A stretch of 36,043 nucleotides of DNA, taken from positions 1-36,043 of the forward strand of contig USLV01000001.1 in the NCBI GenBank assembly GCA_900555705.1, given 5' to 3'. This stretch comes from an uncultured Oscillospiraceae bacterium (lineage in GTDB: Bacteria > Bacillota > Clostridia > Oscillospirales > Acutalibacteraceae). Position numbers and translations under genes: made by a program. Shown piece by piece: positions 1 through 7,516 of the stretch (its first letter is position 1; every line of letters starts with the position of its first letter). Under the pieces are notes generated by a model that saw only the letters and a list, made by a program, of their open reading frames with translations, did no database searches and was not told the origin of the DNA.

Positions 1-18
1 GATGTGTATAAGAGACAG
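1..18. other. Nextera/Tn5 mosaic-end adapter remnant at the contig start; a library artefact, not genomic sequence
   Basis: GATGTGTATAAGAGACAG at 1-18 matches 18 of the 19 nt of the Nextera transposase mosaic end AGATGTGTATAAGAGACAG (recalled from memory). Confidence 0.85.
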
Positions 19-166
19 CGGTTACCGTATTGGCAGCCATCAAAGCCGCTGAGGAGATCGCCGCGCAGACAACGTCGCGGCCTGCTTCGGCAGCTCCGCT
101 GTGTCCCTGTATCCGGAATCCGCGCAGCCGCCCGTCCGGCATCGTCAGAAATCGCACCCGTGTCAT
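19..166 (-). CDS. prp: Ribosomal-processing cysteine protease Prp (YsxB family), N-terminal part, truncated by the contig edge
   Basis: Hand translation from the ATG at 166-164 gives MTRVRFLTMPDGRLRGFRIQGHSGAAEAGRDVVCAAISSAALMAANTVT. This fits the Prp pattern (GHA/GHS ... D-[IV]-VCAA-[IV]-S). It lies directly downstream of rplU, the conserved rplU-prp-rpmA arrangement. Confidence 0.75.
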
Positions 167-172
167 GGACGA

Positions 173-529
173 TTATTCTGCTTCAACCGTCTCGTCCGCA
201 GCCTTCGCACGGGCCGCCCGCTGATGGATGGCACCGATCTGCACCTTGGTATAGGGCTGACGATGGCCCAGCTTGCGCTGGCTGCCCTTCTTCGGACGAT
301 AGGTGAAAACCGTGATCTTCTTGCCCTTGCCGTTCTTGAGAACGGAGGCATCGACACTCGCGCCCTTCAGATACGGCGCGCCGAGCTTCAGCTCCTTGTC
401 GTTGTGGAGAGCCACCACTTTGTCAAACGTGACAGCGGCCTCTTCCGCGGCATCCAGCTTTTCAATGAACAGAACGTCGCCGGTCTGTACCTTGTACTGC
501 TTGCCGCCGGTCTCGATAATGGCGTACAT
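173..529 (-). CDS. rplU: 50S ribosomal protein L21
   Basis: The 118-aa ORF starts MYAIIETGGKQYKVQTGDVLFIEKL, the canonical L21 N-terminus. ATG at 529-527, TAA at 175-173. Confidence 0.95.
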   Translation of the reverse strand: MYAIIETGGKQYKVQTGDVLFIEKLDAAEEAAVTFDKVVALHNDKELKLGAPYLKGASVDASVLKNGKGKKITVFTYRPKKGSQRKLGHRQPYTKVQIGAIHQRAARAKAADETVEAE

Positions 530-615
530 AGAGAAACCTGCCTTTTTTCAGTCTCGCTGGTATCGGGCGGCACCCAAAAGGGCGCACTTCCAGAATGGCC
601 CGTTCCATGCGGCAA
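530..615 (-). ncRNA. 5' leader of rplU; possible L21-leader-type structured region (unverified)
   Basis: About 90 nt lie between the predicted -10 box (621-626) and the rplU ATG. The region contains the GC-rich pairing GCGCCC-TTTT-GGGTGC. Firmicutes are known to have an L21 leader RNA upstream of rplU. I cannot verify the covariance model by eye. Confidence 0.25.
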
Positions 616-620
616 CCGTT

Positions 621-649
621 ATTTTAGCATGATTTTCCCGCCCTGTCAA
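621..649 (-). promoter_or_regulatory. Sigma-A type promoter for the rplU operon
   Basis: Minus strand reads TTGACA (649-644), a 17-nt spacer, then TAAAAT (626-621). Confidence 0.55.
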
Positions 650-796
650 TGCTTTTCGGCAAAATAACTGTGAACAAATGAGGCTGGTCCAGGATGTCAT
701 GTTTTGAGAGAAGAGAGATCTATGAAAAAGCAGTAGTCGCTGTGACCGCTGCGTTTGCGGTGAAGGTGATAAACCGCTGATAACGCGAAAGATAGA

Positions 797-840
797 CCAG
801 CCTCGGTTGTCGTGAAAACGACGGCCGAAGCTGGTTTTTT
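797..840 (+). terminator. Intrinsic terminator hairpin. It looks stronger on the plus strand and also sits just after the spoVAD stop on the minus strand.
   Basis: Arms CCAGCCTCGGTTGTCG (797-812) and CGACGGCCGAAGCTGG (819-834), loop TGAAAA, then TTTTTT (835-840) on the plus strand. My hand count on the plus strand is 13 Watson-Crick pairs, 2 G-U pairs and 1 mismatch. On the minus strand there are 2 A-C mismatches and only a weak T tract. Confidence 0.5.
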
Positions 841-844
841 ACAC

Positions 845-1855
845 TTATTCCGAGACGAGATGCACGAGATGGGCAATGCCGGGAATGCTCTCGCCCTGCT
901 GGGAGGAGGTCGGGGACATCAGGGCGCCGGTGCCGATGAACAGCACGCTGTTCAGCTCCCTTTTCTCCATCTTGCTGAGGATATAGGAGCAGACGACGGC
1001 CGCTGAACAGCCGCAGCCGGAGCCGCCCGCGTGGACGTCCTGCTTTTCGCGATCATAGATCATCAGTCCACAGTCGCTGTGGCGGCTGCCGAGTGTGATG
1101 CCCTGCCGGGAAAGCAGCTCATGCAGCAGATCGCTGCCGACCTGCGACAGGTCGCCGGTCAGGATAAGATCATAGTCCTCCGGAGATGTGCCGGTATCCT
1201 TGAGGAAATTGGCGATGGTATCCGCTGCGGCCGGGGCCATGGCAGCCCCCATGTTGTTGGCGTCGTTGATGCCGAGATCGGTTACACGGCCGCCGCAGAC
1301 CGCCGCGATACGGACGCCGCTGCCGCCCATGCCGATGATGGCGGAGCCGGATGCGGTCGCGGTCCACTGGGCCGACGGGGGGCGTTGGCCACCGTATTCA
1401 AGCGGCAGGCGGAACTGCCGCTCGGCTGCGCAGAAATGGGAGGAGGTGACGGCGGCACAAACATCAGCGGCTCCGCTGTCGACGAATATGGCGGAAAGCG
1501 CCATGGTCTGCGCCATCGTGGAGCAGGCGCCAAACTGGCCGAACAGCGGGATCTTGAATTCCCGCAGCCCGAAGGTGGAGGCGATGTTCTGGTTGAGCAG
1601 GTCGCCGCAAAAGAGATAGTTGACCTGTGATGGCGGAAATCCGGCTTTGTCCAGCGCGCGTGTAAGCGCCTCACGTTGGAGGGCGCTTTCCGCCTTTTCC
1701 CATGTTTTTTCCCCGAGGTGGGTGTCCGCGAAAATCGCGTCAAAATAGCGTGCAAGCGGCCCTTCTCCTTCCTTTTTTCCCACAACCGCGGCATAGCCGA
1801 GGATGGTCGGTCGGCTGGACAGCGTAACGGTGAATTGTCCTTTTCTCTCCGGCAT
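845..1855 (-). CDS. spoVAD: Stage V sporulation protein AD (SpoVAD)
   Basis: The translation MPERKGQFTVTLSSRPTILGYAAVVGKKEGEGPLARYFD... is typical of SpoVAD (thiolase-like fold). I chose the internal ATG at 1855 because GAGGAGAGGA lies just upstream. The longer ORF to 1930 overlaps spoVAC. Confidence 0.9.
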   Translation of the reverse strand: MPERKGQFTVTLSSRPTILGYAAVVGKKEGEGPLARYFDAIFADTHLGEKTWEKAESALQREALTRALDKAGFPPSQVNYLFCGDLLNQNIASTFGLREFKIPLFGQFGACSTMAQTMALSAIFVDSGAADVCAAVTSSHFCAAERQFRLPLEYGGQRPPSAQWTATASGSAIIGMGGSGVRIAAVCGGRVTDLGINDANNMGAAMAPAAADTIANFLKDTGTSPEDYDLILTGDLSQVGSDLLHELLSRQGITLGSRHSDCGLMIYDREKQDVHAGGSGCGCSAAVVCSYILSKMEKRELNSVLFIGTGALMSPTSSQQGESIPGIAHLVHLVSE

Positions 1856-1871
1856 GATCGTCCTCTCCTCT

Positions 1872-2315
1872 CTACAGCAGTTGCAGCACGAATAGCACCA
1901 GGCCGTAGACGATGGAGGCGGTGATGCCATAGACCAGCACGGGCCCTGCGATTACGAACATCTTGGCGCCGAGCCCCAGGATAAAGCCCTCGCTTTTAAA
2001 TTCGATGGCGGGAGAAACGACTGCGTTGGCAAAGCCTGTGATCGGGACGAGCGTCCCCGCGCCGCCATGCTTGGCGATGTCGTCATAGATGTTGAAGCCG
2101 GTCAGTACGACGCTCAGCAGGATCAGCGAAACCGAACAGAGCAGTCGTGCGTCCTTCTGCTCCATGCCGTTTTGCTGACCGAGATCGATGATAACCTGTC
2201 CAATGGTACAGACCAGACCGCCGATCAGAAAGGCCTTGAGGCAGTTTTTGATTACCGGCGAGTTGGGCGACGCCTGCTTGCTGAGCTTTTTGTACTCCTG
2301 ATTGGTGACGTCCAA
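1872..2315 (-). CDS. spoVAC: Stage V sporulation protein AC (SpoVAC)
   Basis: 147-aa membrane protein reading ...EYKKLSKQASPNSPVIKNCLKAFLIGGLVCTIGQ..., typical of SpoVAC. TTG start at 2315 preceded by AAGGGGG. It lies immediately upstream of spoVAD. Confidence 0.88.
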   Translation of the reverse strand: MDVTNQEYKKLSKQASPNSPVIKNCLKAFLIGGLVCTIGQVIIDLGQQNGMEQKDARLLCSVSLILLSVVLTGFNIYDDIAKHGGAGTLVPITGFANAVVSPAIEFKSEGFILGLGAKMFVIAGPVLVYGITASIVYGLVLFVLQLL

Positions 2316-2400
2316 AAAGATACCCCCTTGTTATAATAGCCGGACGGCGTGCCGGCAGCTTTTGCCACTAGTATACCGGGAAATAGCGGGAATATACTCC

Positions 2401-3903
2401 TTAGAGGGAGAGATGCTTATCCGCCGGATTGTTGAGTACATGGCCGTCGATATCGTAGCGCGAGCCGTGGCAGGGGCAGTCCCACGTCTGCTCCTCCTGA
2501 TTAAAGAGCAGCGCGCAGCCCATATGAGTGCAGAAGGGGTGGACGGTGTGCAGGCTGCCGCTGCTATCCTTGAATACGCCGACCTTCTCGCCCTTCATCG
2601 AGACAACGGCCCCCTCGCCTGCGTGCAGTGAATCCACCGTCTCCTTCGGAAGCCGGAAAAAGCCACCGATGTAGTTCTTCAGCATATCGGTATTTTCCAC
2701 CACGAATTTTTTGGCCTTGGCCGCCGGGTCAAAGCGGGCGGGGGAAAAGACATCGGCGTGGGGATTGAATTTGCCGGTGAGCTCGTCGCTGATGATGTCT
2801 GCGGCCACCATGCTTCCGGTCATGCCCCATTTGCCGAAGCCGGTCGCAAGATAGACCCGGGGCGCGAGCAAATCGTCGAGCTGCTTATACCGGCCGATAA
2901 AGGGAATGCCGTCGTGGGTCATGCAGTCCTGTGCCGACCAGCTCGCGACCGGTTTCCCATCCGGATACCAGTTCTTTGCCGCCTTTTGCAGCTCGTGATG
3001 GTGGTTCTCCCGGCATTCGTGGCCGGTTTTGTGATTGCCGCCGCCGACCAGAAGCCCCGCCGCTCCCTCCGACGTCGTATAGGAGCGAAAGGAACAGGTT
3101 CCTTCCTCGAGGCCCCAGTAAAGATGCTGCATGGATGGAACGTCTTCCAGCGCGATCAGATAGGAGCGTTCCTGCCAGAGCCGCGCGAAGTAGAGCCCGG
3201 CCTTGTCCATGAAGGGGAAATGGGTTGCGAGTACAACCGTGTCAGCGGAGATGCTGCCGTGCTCTGTTTGGATGCTGCCGGAGAGCTGGCTTGTCTCGTG
3301 CGGCATCGCCTTGGTATGGGGATAGATCGTGACGCCGTCCGCTGTCAGGCGTTCGGCAAGGCCATAGGCAAAGCGGAGCGGCTGCATACAGGCCTGTTCC
3401 GCGAAGCGGACGCCGCCCGCTACCGAAAAGGGAAGCTCGGTTCGCGTGACGAAGGTCGCGGGAAGCTCCAGACGCGAGGCTGCCGTAACTTCCTGCTCTA
3501 CCTCAAGCAAATGAGCGGGATCAACAGCATAGGCGACCGCATCGCAGCGCCGGAAATCACAGTCGATGTCCGCTGCGAGTGCCGCATACTCTTCAACCGC
3601 CTTCTGGTTGGCGGCCGCATATTGTGCCGCGCGTTCCTGCCCTTGATCCTGTAAAAGTCGCGCATAGGGCATGCCGTGTTGGGCGGTAATTTTGGCGGTT
3701 GTACGGGCTGAGGTGCCGCCGCATAAGGGACCGGCGTCGATGACTGTGACGCGGTCGATCCCCTTTTCCCGCAGACGCCAGGCCGTCAGCAGGCCGCACA
3801 GACCGCTGCCGATTACCAGCACATCGGTTTGGATGTCTCCCTGTAGAGACGGCAGCTCCGGCGGCTGTAGTTGCTGCTGCCAGACAGAAGTCAGAGATTG
3901 CAT
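2401..3903 (-). CDS. FAD-dependent oxidoreductase with a C-terminal Rieske [2Fe-2S] domain
   Basis: The N-terminus has a dinucleotide-binding motif (DVLVIGSGLCGLLTA). The C-terminus has the Rieske motif CTHMGC...(x17)...CPCHGSRY. Start set at ATG 3903 (MQSLTSVW), which has AAAGGAGGG 9 nt upstream. Confidence 0.85.
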   Translation of the reverse strand: MQSLTSVWQQQLQPPELPSLQGDIQTDVLVIGSGLCGLLTAWRLREKGIDRVTVIDAGPLCGGTSARTTAKITAQHGMPYARLLQDQGQERAAQYAAANQKAVEEYAALAADIDCDFRRCDAVAYAVDPAHLLEVEQEVTAASRLELPATFVTRTELPFSVAGGVRFAEQACMQPLRFAYGLAERLTADGVTIYPHTKAMPHETSQLSGSIQTEHGSISADTVVLATHFPFMDKAGLYFARLWQERSYLIALEDVPSMQHLYWGLEEGTCSFRSYTTSEGAAGLLVGGGNHKTGHECRENHHHELQKAAKNWYPDGKPVASWSAQDCMTHDGIPFIGRYKQLDDLLAPRVYLATGFGKWGMTGSMVAADIISDELTGKFNPHADVFSPARFDPAAKAKKFVVENTDMLKNYIGGFFRLPKETVDSLHAGEGAVVSMKGEKVGVFKDSSGSLHTVHPFCTHMGCALLFNQEEQTWDCPCHGSRYDIDGHVLNNPADKHLSL

Positions 3904-3961
3904 AAAAATCCGCCCTCCTTTTTTCAACAGTGTTTCCGAAAAAAGGAGGGTTATACGCGAC

Positions 3962-4006
3962 GAAGAAACAGTAACCGCCTTCCTGCTGGAAAACAGGAAG
4001 GCGGTT
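3962..4006 (-). terminator. Stem-loop immediately after the GT2 gene stop; probable terminator
   Basis: Perfect 13-bp stem AACCGCCTTCCTG (3973-3985) / CAGGAAGGCGGTT (3994-4006) with an 8-nt loop. On the minus strand it is followed by ACTGTTTCTT. Confidence 0.5.
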
Positions 4007-4008
4007 TG

Positions 4009-4989
4009 TCAGCGGTTATTTTCGGCCGAATCGTCTGGATTTTCCAGAAATGCCTCAATGAGATAGCGCGGCCGTGCCTTGACCTCGCTGTAGATCTTAC
4101 CGATATAGGTGCCGAGGATGCCGACACAGAGCAATTGGATGCCGCCGAGCAGCCAGATGGAACAGACGATGGCCGTCCAGCCCGGTACTGTCCAGCCGCA
4201 GAAATAGGAGATCAGCGCATAGAGCAACCCCAGCAGACTGGCGGCGGAGAAGAGCAGCCCGAGATTCGAGATGAGGCGGAGCGGGCGAACGCTGAAAGAG
4301 GTGATCCCCTCAAGGGCAAATCCCAGCATTTTTCGAAACGGATATTTCGACTCGCCGGCCAACCGCTCCCGTCGTTCGTAGGTGACGGTGGCGGTTTTAT
4401 AGCCGATTGTCGGGACGATGCCACGCAGGAACAGGTTGACCTCGTGATATTCCGAAAGGCCGTCCAGCGCCCGTCGACTCATCAGCCGATAATCCGCATG
4501 GTTCGAGACGACCTCGGCGCCAAGCAGCCGCATCAATTTGTAAAACCCCTGTGCGGTCACGCGCTTAAATGCCGTGTCGGTGTCCCGGCGGCTGCGGACA
4601 CCATAGACGATGTCGCAGCCCTCGTGGAAGCGGTCTATAAACTGATCCAATACCTCAATGTCGTCCTGAAGATCGGCATCCAGCGAGACTGCGCAGTCTG
4701 CCCGTTTCCGTGCCGCCATGAGTCCGGCCAGCAGCGCATTCTGATGACCGCGATTGTGCGTCAGCTTGAGTCCGCTGACGAGCGGATCGGCGTGATGATA
4801 TTCCTCGATCAGTGCCCAGGTTCTGTCGCGGCTGCCGTCGTCGACAAACAGAATGCGGCTGGCCGGGGAGGCCTTGCCGTCCGCCATCATGCGGCGGAGC
4901 TTATCTGCCAACCGTTTCACCGTCTCAGGAAGAACGGCCTCTTCGTTGTAACAGGGAACCACTAGGTATACCACGGATGCCACGCTCAT
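4009..4989 (-). CDS. Family 2 glycosyltransferase, GtrB / polyprenyl-phosphate glycosyltransferase-like, with C-terminal TM helices
   Basis: The sequence MSVASVVYLVVPCYNEEAVL...FVDDGSRDRT...DADLQDD carries the GT2 signature. Two hydrophobic C-terminal helices match GtrB/ArnC-like enzymes. Start set at ATG 4989 with GAAAGGA upstream. Confidence 0.85.
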   Translation of the reverse strand: MSVASVVYLVVPCYNEEAVLPETVKRLADKLRRMMADGKASPASRILFVDDGSRDRTWALIEEYHHADPLVSGLKLTHNRGHQNALLAGLMAARKRADCAVSLDADLQDDIEVLDQFIDRFHEGCDIVYGVRSRRDTDTAFKRVTAQGFYKLMRLLGAEVVSNHADYRLMSRRALDGLSEYHEVNLFLRGIVPTIGYKTATVTYERRERLAGESKYPFRKMLGFALEGITSFSVRPLRLISNLGLLFSAASLLGLLYALISYFCGWTVPGWTAIVCSIWLLGGIQLLCVGILGTYIGKIYSEVKARPRYLIEAFLENPDDSAENNR

Positions 4990-5281
4990 CGTCCTTTCAC
5001 CGCTGTTGATGATAGGAGTATTATACCCGTTTATCCGACAATTGGCAAATATGCTTTTGCGCGCCATGTAATACGGCCCAGCGGCCTTGCGGCTGATTTC
5101 CGGCATGGAGCGCGGGGCGGGGGATTACAGTCGGCAGGCTACCGCTGGATTATATCCATCTTTGCCTATCCCCTGCGATATTGTCCGAAACGTCGGCATA
5201 TGGCATGACCGACAGTGTTGTGCACGATCTATGAACAAATGAATATACCTGACCAAGCGGCATAAAAGGGGGGGAGAAGTT

Positions 5282-5353
5282 ATGCAAACCATCGTGTTTC
5301 TCAATATCAAGGATGGGGTCAGAAAGACAATCAGTCGGGTTTCGGTACTATAA
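5282..5353 (+). pseudogene. Possible decayed N-terminal remnant of a ParA/Soj-type ATPase gene
   Basis: GGGGGGGAGAAG is followed by an ATG and the peptide MQTIVFLNIKDGVRKTISRVSVL, then a stop. This resembles the ParA N-terminus with a degenerate Walker A box (KDGVRKT versus KGGVGKT). The peptide is only 23 aa, so chance resemblance is possible. Confidence 0.25.
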
Positions 5354-5413
5354 AGCTGTAACAGAAAACACGTGGAAATCGGCAATAAAATGCACCGTTA
5401 AGAAGGCCATTGT

Positions 5414-7201
5414 CTATTCTGTGAGCGTCCGCCAATTCACGTTCTGGAATCGGGCCGCACCTTCAGCAACCTGCACGCCGATATATCCTCGGAGCGCCTG
5501 CATATGGCTAAATTGACATATCTCTTTGCCATTCAAAAAAATTGTTAACAATGAACCGTTTAGATGCAATACAAACCGAAAGCTCTCTCCAACTCGTATA
5601 CCGGTGGGGATTTTAATCAAATCACCGGCCGGTTCCCATACCTTGAGTGTGCCGTCAGCATCCATCACTACACAGGTAAAGCTGCTTAGATCTTGTGCAG
5701 CACGAGTCACCAGCATCGCGCCACCGGTGTTTAGTAAGGTGATATCTGCTTCTAATTGACCGTCGTCATAGATCTCAGAAGAAAGCAGCGCTGCGGTTTG
5801 GTCGGCAACACCCTCCGCTCCGTTATCGACTTCCCGCCAAGACATCCCCATGGGCTTCAATCCAGGGATATTACTGATAAATCCAGGGTGGACACAATGG
5901 AAACGGCAATGGGCGGCATGTTCTCCGTCGGCGGTGATGGCGGATAGTTCGGTTTGCCCGGGTATAAGCCCCTCCCAAACGGAATGGTCATCGTTTTCTT
6001 CAACCAGTGACACCGCGCAAGGATCATATGACCAAATGTAACGACCCGAAACAGCCTGACGAATTGGCGGGTGGGATGGCAGGGTAAACCGTTTGCCGGG
6101 CTTACCGGCCAGGTTTATTCTGTACGGCAAATCATCCCGCTTTTCTCCAATCGATATGGCAAGCAGGGGAGATCGAGTATCGCTTAAAGATGTCAGCAGA
6201 TATTCCAAAATCTCTCTTTCCCAAATGGCAGCCTGTTCCAGCGGCGCCATCACCCGATTGACCAGCCGTTTGTCGAAAGTGGTATAGAGTTTTAGCAGCA
6301 GCATTTTTGCCTTTCTTGCATTTTTGACCACTTTGCGATATTGAGCGTAAATATATTCTGCATTCGCCAGATAACCCAGTTCTCCCAGATGTCGAATCCG
6401 ATCGCTCATCAACTCTTTATGCTCACAGATGACGGATATAAACCGATAGTCCAAAAAGCAGCCGGTTTCCACACATTCCTGTAAAAAGGACTGAAACGCA
6501 TTATAAACTGACATCCCATAAGTGTAATATATCTGGTGTTCCCGTATGATATCGTTGGGAAAGATGTATTCGTAGCTGTTGACACTGTCCAAATAGTCTC
6601 GAATTCCCCGACGAATCAAAGGGATGTTGAGAACGTGATCGCGAGGATACCAACAGAGGAATTCAATTCCATTTCCCTGATATTTTTGTGCAACCAGTGA
6701 CGGTGCTTCTCGAAACGCGATTTCCATACTGGCGTAGTCCACCGTCATGCGGGTATACTGTTTGTTTTCATTATATGATACCACATAATACACTTCCTGT
6801 TCATCGTCATATCCATAGATGAACAGGTCGTGAAAGTTGTGCCAGCTTTTATAGGGCCGGGTATGTGGAATATAATATTCGTCCACTTCAAGATAAGGGT
6901 AATTCCCGACATCAATGTTTTCCCGCAGAAATTCGATCAACGTACAACTGCGGCGGGCAAGCCATGCCCGGCTGACCCGTTGGTAATAAACAAACGGACA
7001 GGCTTTCCAGACGGAATAGGGAAAGTAGAAATCCGCACGAAAATCTTTCTTATCCGTTGTGTCTGTCTTAACGGTTAATTGAATGTAATTGTTATAAAGC
7101 CATGTGTCGGCTTCCGCATGGTTGAGGACAATTCCAAGGATATCCGCATGGTAGTGGTAGCATTTGACAGGAGTATCGGCAAGGGGCAAGATTCGTTTCA
7201 T
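5414..7201 (-). CDS. Multidomain protein: an N-terminal BtrH_N / DUF4872-like domain (papain-like fold; acyltransferase or peptidase), then an Ig-like segment and a concanavalin/LamG-like C-terminal domain
   Basis: The long ORF has AT-rich codon usage. N-terminal features are ...VKCYHYHADILGIV... and ...LEVDEYYIPHTRPYKSWHNFHDLFIYGYDDEQEVYYVVSYN..., which match my recollection of BtrH_N. A helical region then resembles DUF4872. The C-terminal beta-rich region ends ...IFLNGKEICQF...GYIGVQVAEGAARFQNVNWR. Start set at ATG 7201 (MKRILPL) with GAAAGGTGG 8 nt upstream; the tracked start at 7213 is a GTG. Confidence 0.55.
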   Translation of the reverse strand: MKRILPLADTPVKCYHYHADILGIVLNHAEADTWLYNNYIQLTVKTDTTDKKDFRADFYFPYSVWKACPFVYYQRVSRAWLARRSCTLIEFLRENIDVGNYPYLEVDEYYIPHTRPYKSWHNFHDLFIYGYDDEQEVYYVVSYNENKQYTRMTVDYASMEIAFREAPSLVAQKYQGNGIEFLCWYPRDHVLNIPLIRRGIRDYLDSVNSYEYIFPNDIIREHQIYYTYGMSVYNAFQSFLQECVETGCFLDYRFISVICEHKELMSDRIRHLGELGYLANAEYIYAQYRKVVKNARKAKMLLLKLYTTFDKRLVNRVMAPLEQAAIWEREILEYLLTSLSDTRSPLLAISIGEKRDDLPYRINLAGKPGKRFTLPSHPPIRQAVSGRYIWSYDPCAVSLVEENDDHSVWEGLIPGQTELSAITADGEHAAHCRFHCVHPGFISNIPGLKPMGMSWREVDNGAEGVADQTAALLSSEIYDDGQLEADITLLNTGGAMLVTRAAQDLSSFTCVVMDADGTLKVWEPAGDLIKIPTGIRVGESFRFVLHLNGSLLTIFLNGKEICQFSHMQALRGYIGVQVAEGAARFQNVNWRTLTE

Positions 7202-7222
7202 AAGATAGACCACCTTTCATTT

Positions 7223-7240
7223 ACAGATGACGCCATCTGT
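7223..7240. promoter_or_regulatory. Palindrome in the promoter region of the 5414-7201 gene; possible operator
   Basis: ACAGATG-ACGC-CATCTGT has perfect 7-bp arms. It lies 22 nt upstream of the ATG, between the tandem terminator-like elements and the RBS. Confidence 0.3.
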
Positions 7241-7269
7241 TAACAAGGGCAGACACGGTCTTTCGGGAT

Positions 7270-7349
7270 AAAAATAGGCGCTGGCGGCGTTGTCCTCGTT
7301 GCCGGGCGTTAGCCCGGCGGCCTCGTCCGCCTTGCCAGTGCCCGTTTTT
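7270..7349 (-). terminator. Copy 1 of a duplicated long-hairpin element flanked by an A-run and a T-run; bidirectional terminator-like
   Basis: AAAAAT, then GGCGCTGGCGGCG...GCCGGGC-GTTA-GCCCGGC...CGCCTTGCCAGTGCC, then GTTTTT. The outer arms pair imperfectly and the apical hairpin is perfect. See copy 2. Confidence 0.4.
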
Positions 7350-7383
7350 CTACCCGAAAAACTCCACAGGACCGGACGGCGGT

Positions 7384-7464
7384 CAAAAAGGGCGCTGCCG
7401 TCGTTCTCGGATTTGGCGGGCGTTAGCCCACCTGTATCCTGTGGCCTTGCCAGCACCGCCTTTT
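7384..7464 (-). terminator. Copy 2 of the duplicated long-hairpin element; probable terminator of the SDR/ABC operon
   Basis: CAAAAAG, then GGCGCTGCCGTCG...GGCGGGC-GTTA-GCCCACC...GGCCTTGCCAGCACCGCC, then TTTT. It starts 53 nt downstream of the SDR stop at 7517. On the minus strand the hairpin is followed by CCCTTTTTGACC. Confidence 0.45.
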
Positions 7465-7516
7465 GTTCCGCTGTCCGACGTGTTTGTCCTTGTCAACCGA
7501 TGGTGACCTGCTCGTT

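Noticed and set aside
680-840. A T-box or other named riboswitch class in the spoVAD-rplU intergenic region.
   Set aside because: AGAGA and AGTA-like strings are present. I could not find the conserved T-box sequence or any other class-defining motif (TPP, SAM, yybP-ykoY, ZTP, guanidine). There is also no downstream plus-strand gene to regulate. I kept it only as a structural observation.
845-1930. The extended 361-aa version of spoVAD starting at 1930, and similar N-terminal extensions of the tracked ORFs at 2401..3927, 4009..5106, 13173..14537, 15068..17284, 17217..18767, 22983..24056, 28019..28906 and 33568..34329.
   Set aside because: In each case an internal ATG is preceded by a good Shine-Dalgarno sequence at proper spacing. 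It also gives a canonical family N-terminus and removes a long overlap with the upstream gene. The extended parts have atypical composition.
5125-5385. An 86-aa minus-strand ORF in the gap between the GT2 gene and the BtrH-like gene.
   Set aside because: No RBS, an odd composition, and overlap with the ParA-like stub on the other strand. It is probably spurious.
5110-5420. A direct repeat of the tRNA-Val 3' end (an attL/attR pair) that would delimit the island.
   Set aside because: I scanned the left border by eye for TGGTGGGCGTAAACGGACTCGAACC or its complement and found nothing similar. A shorter or degenerate repeat cannot be excluded without a computational search.
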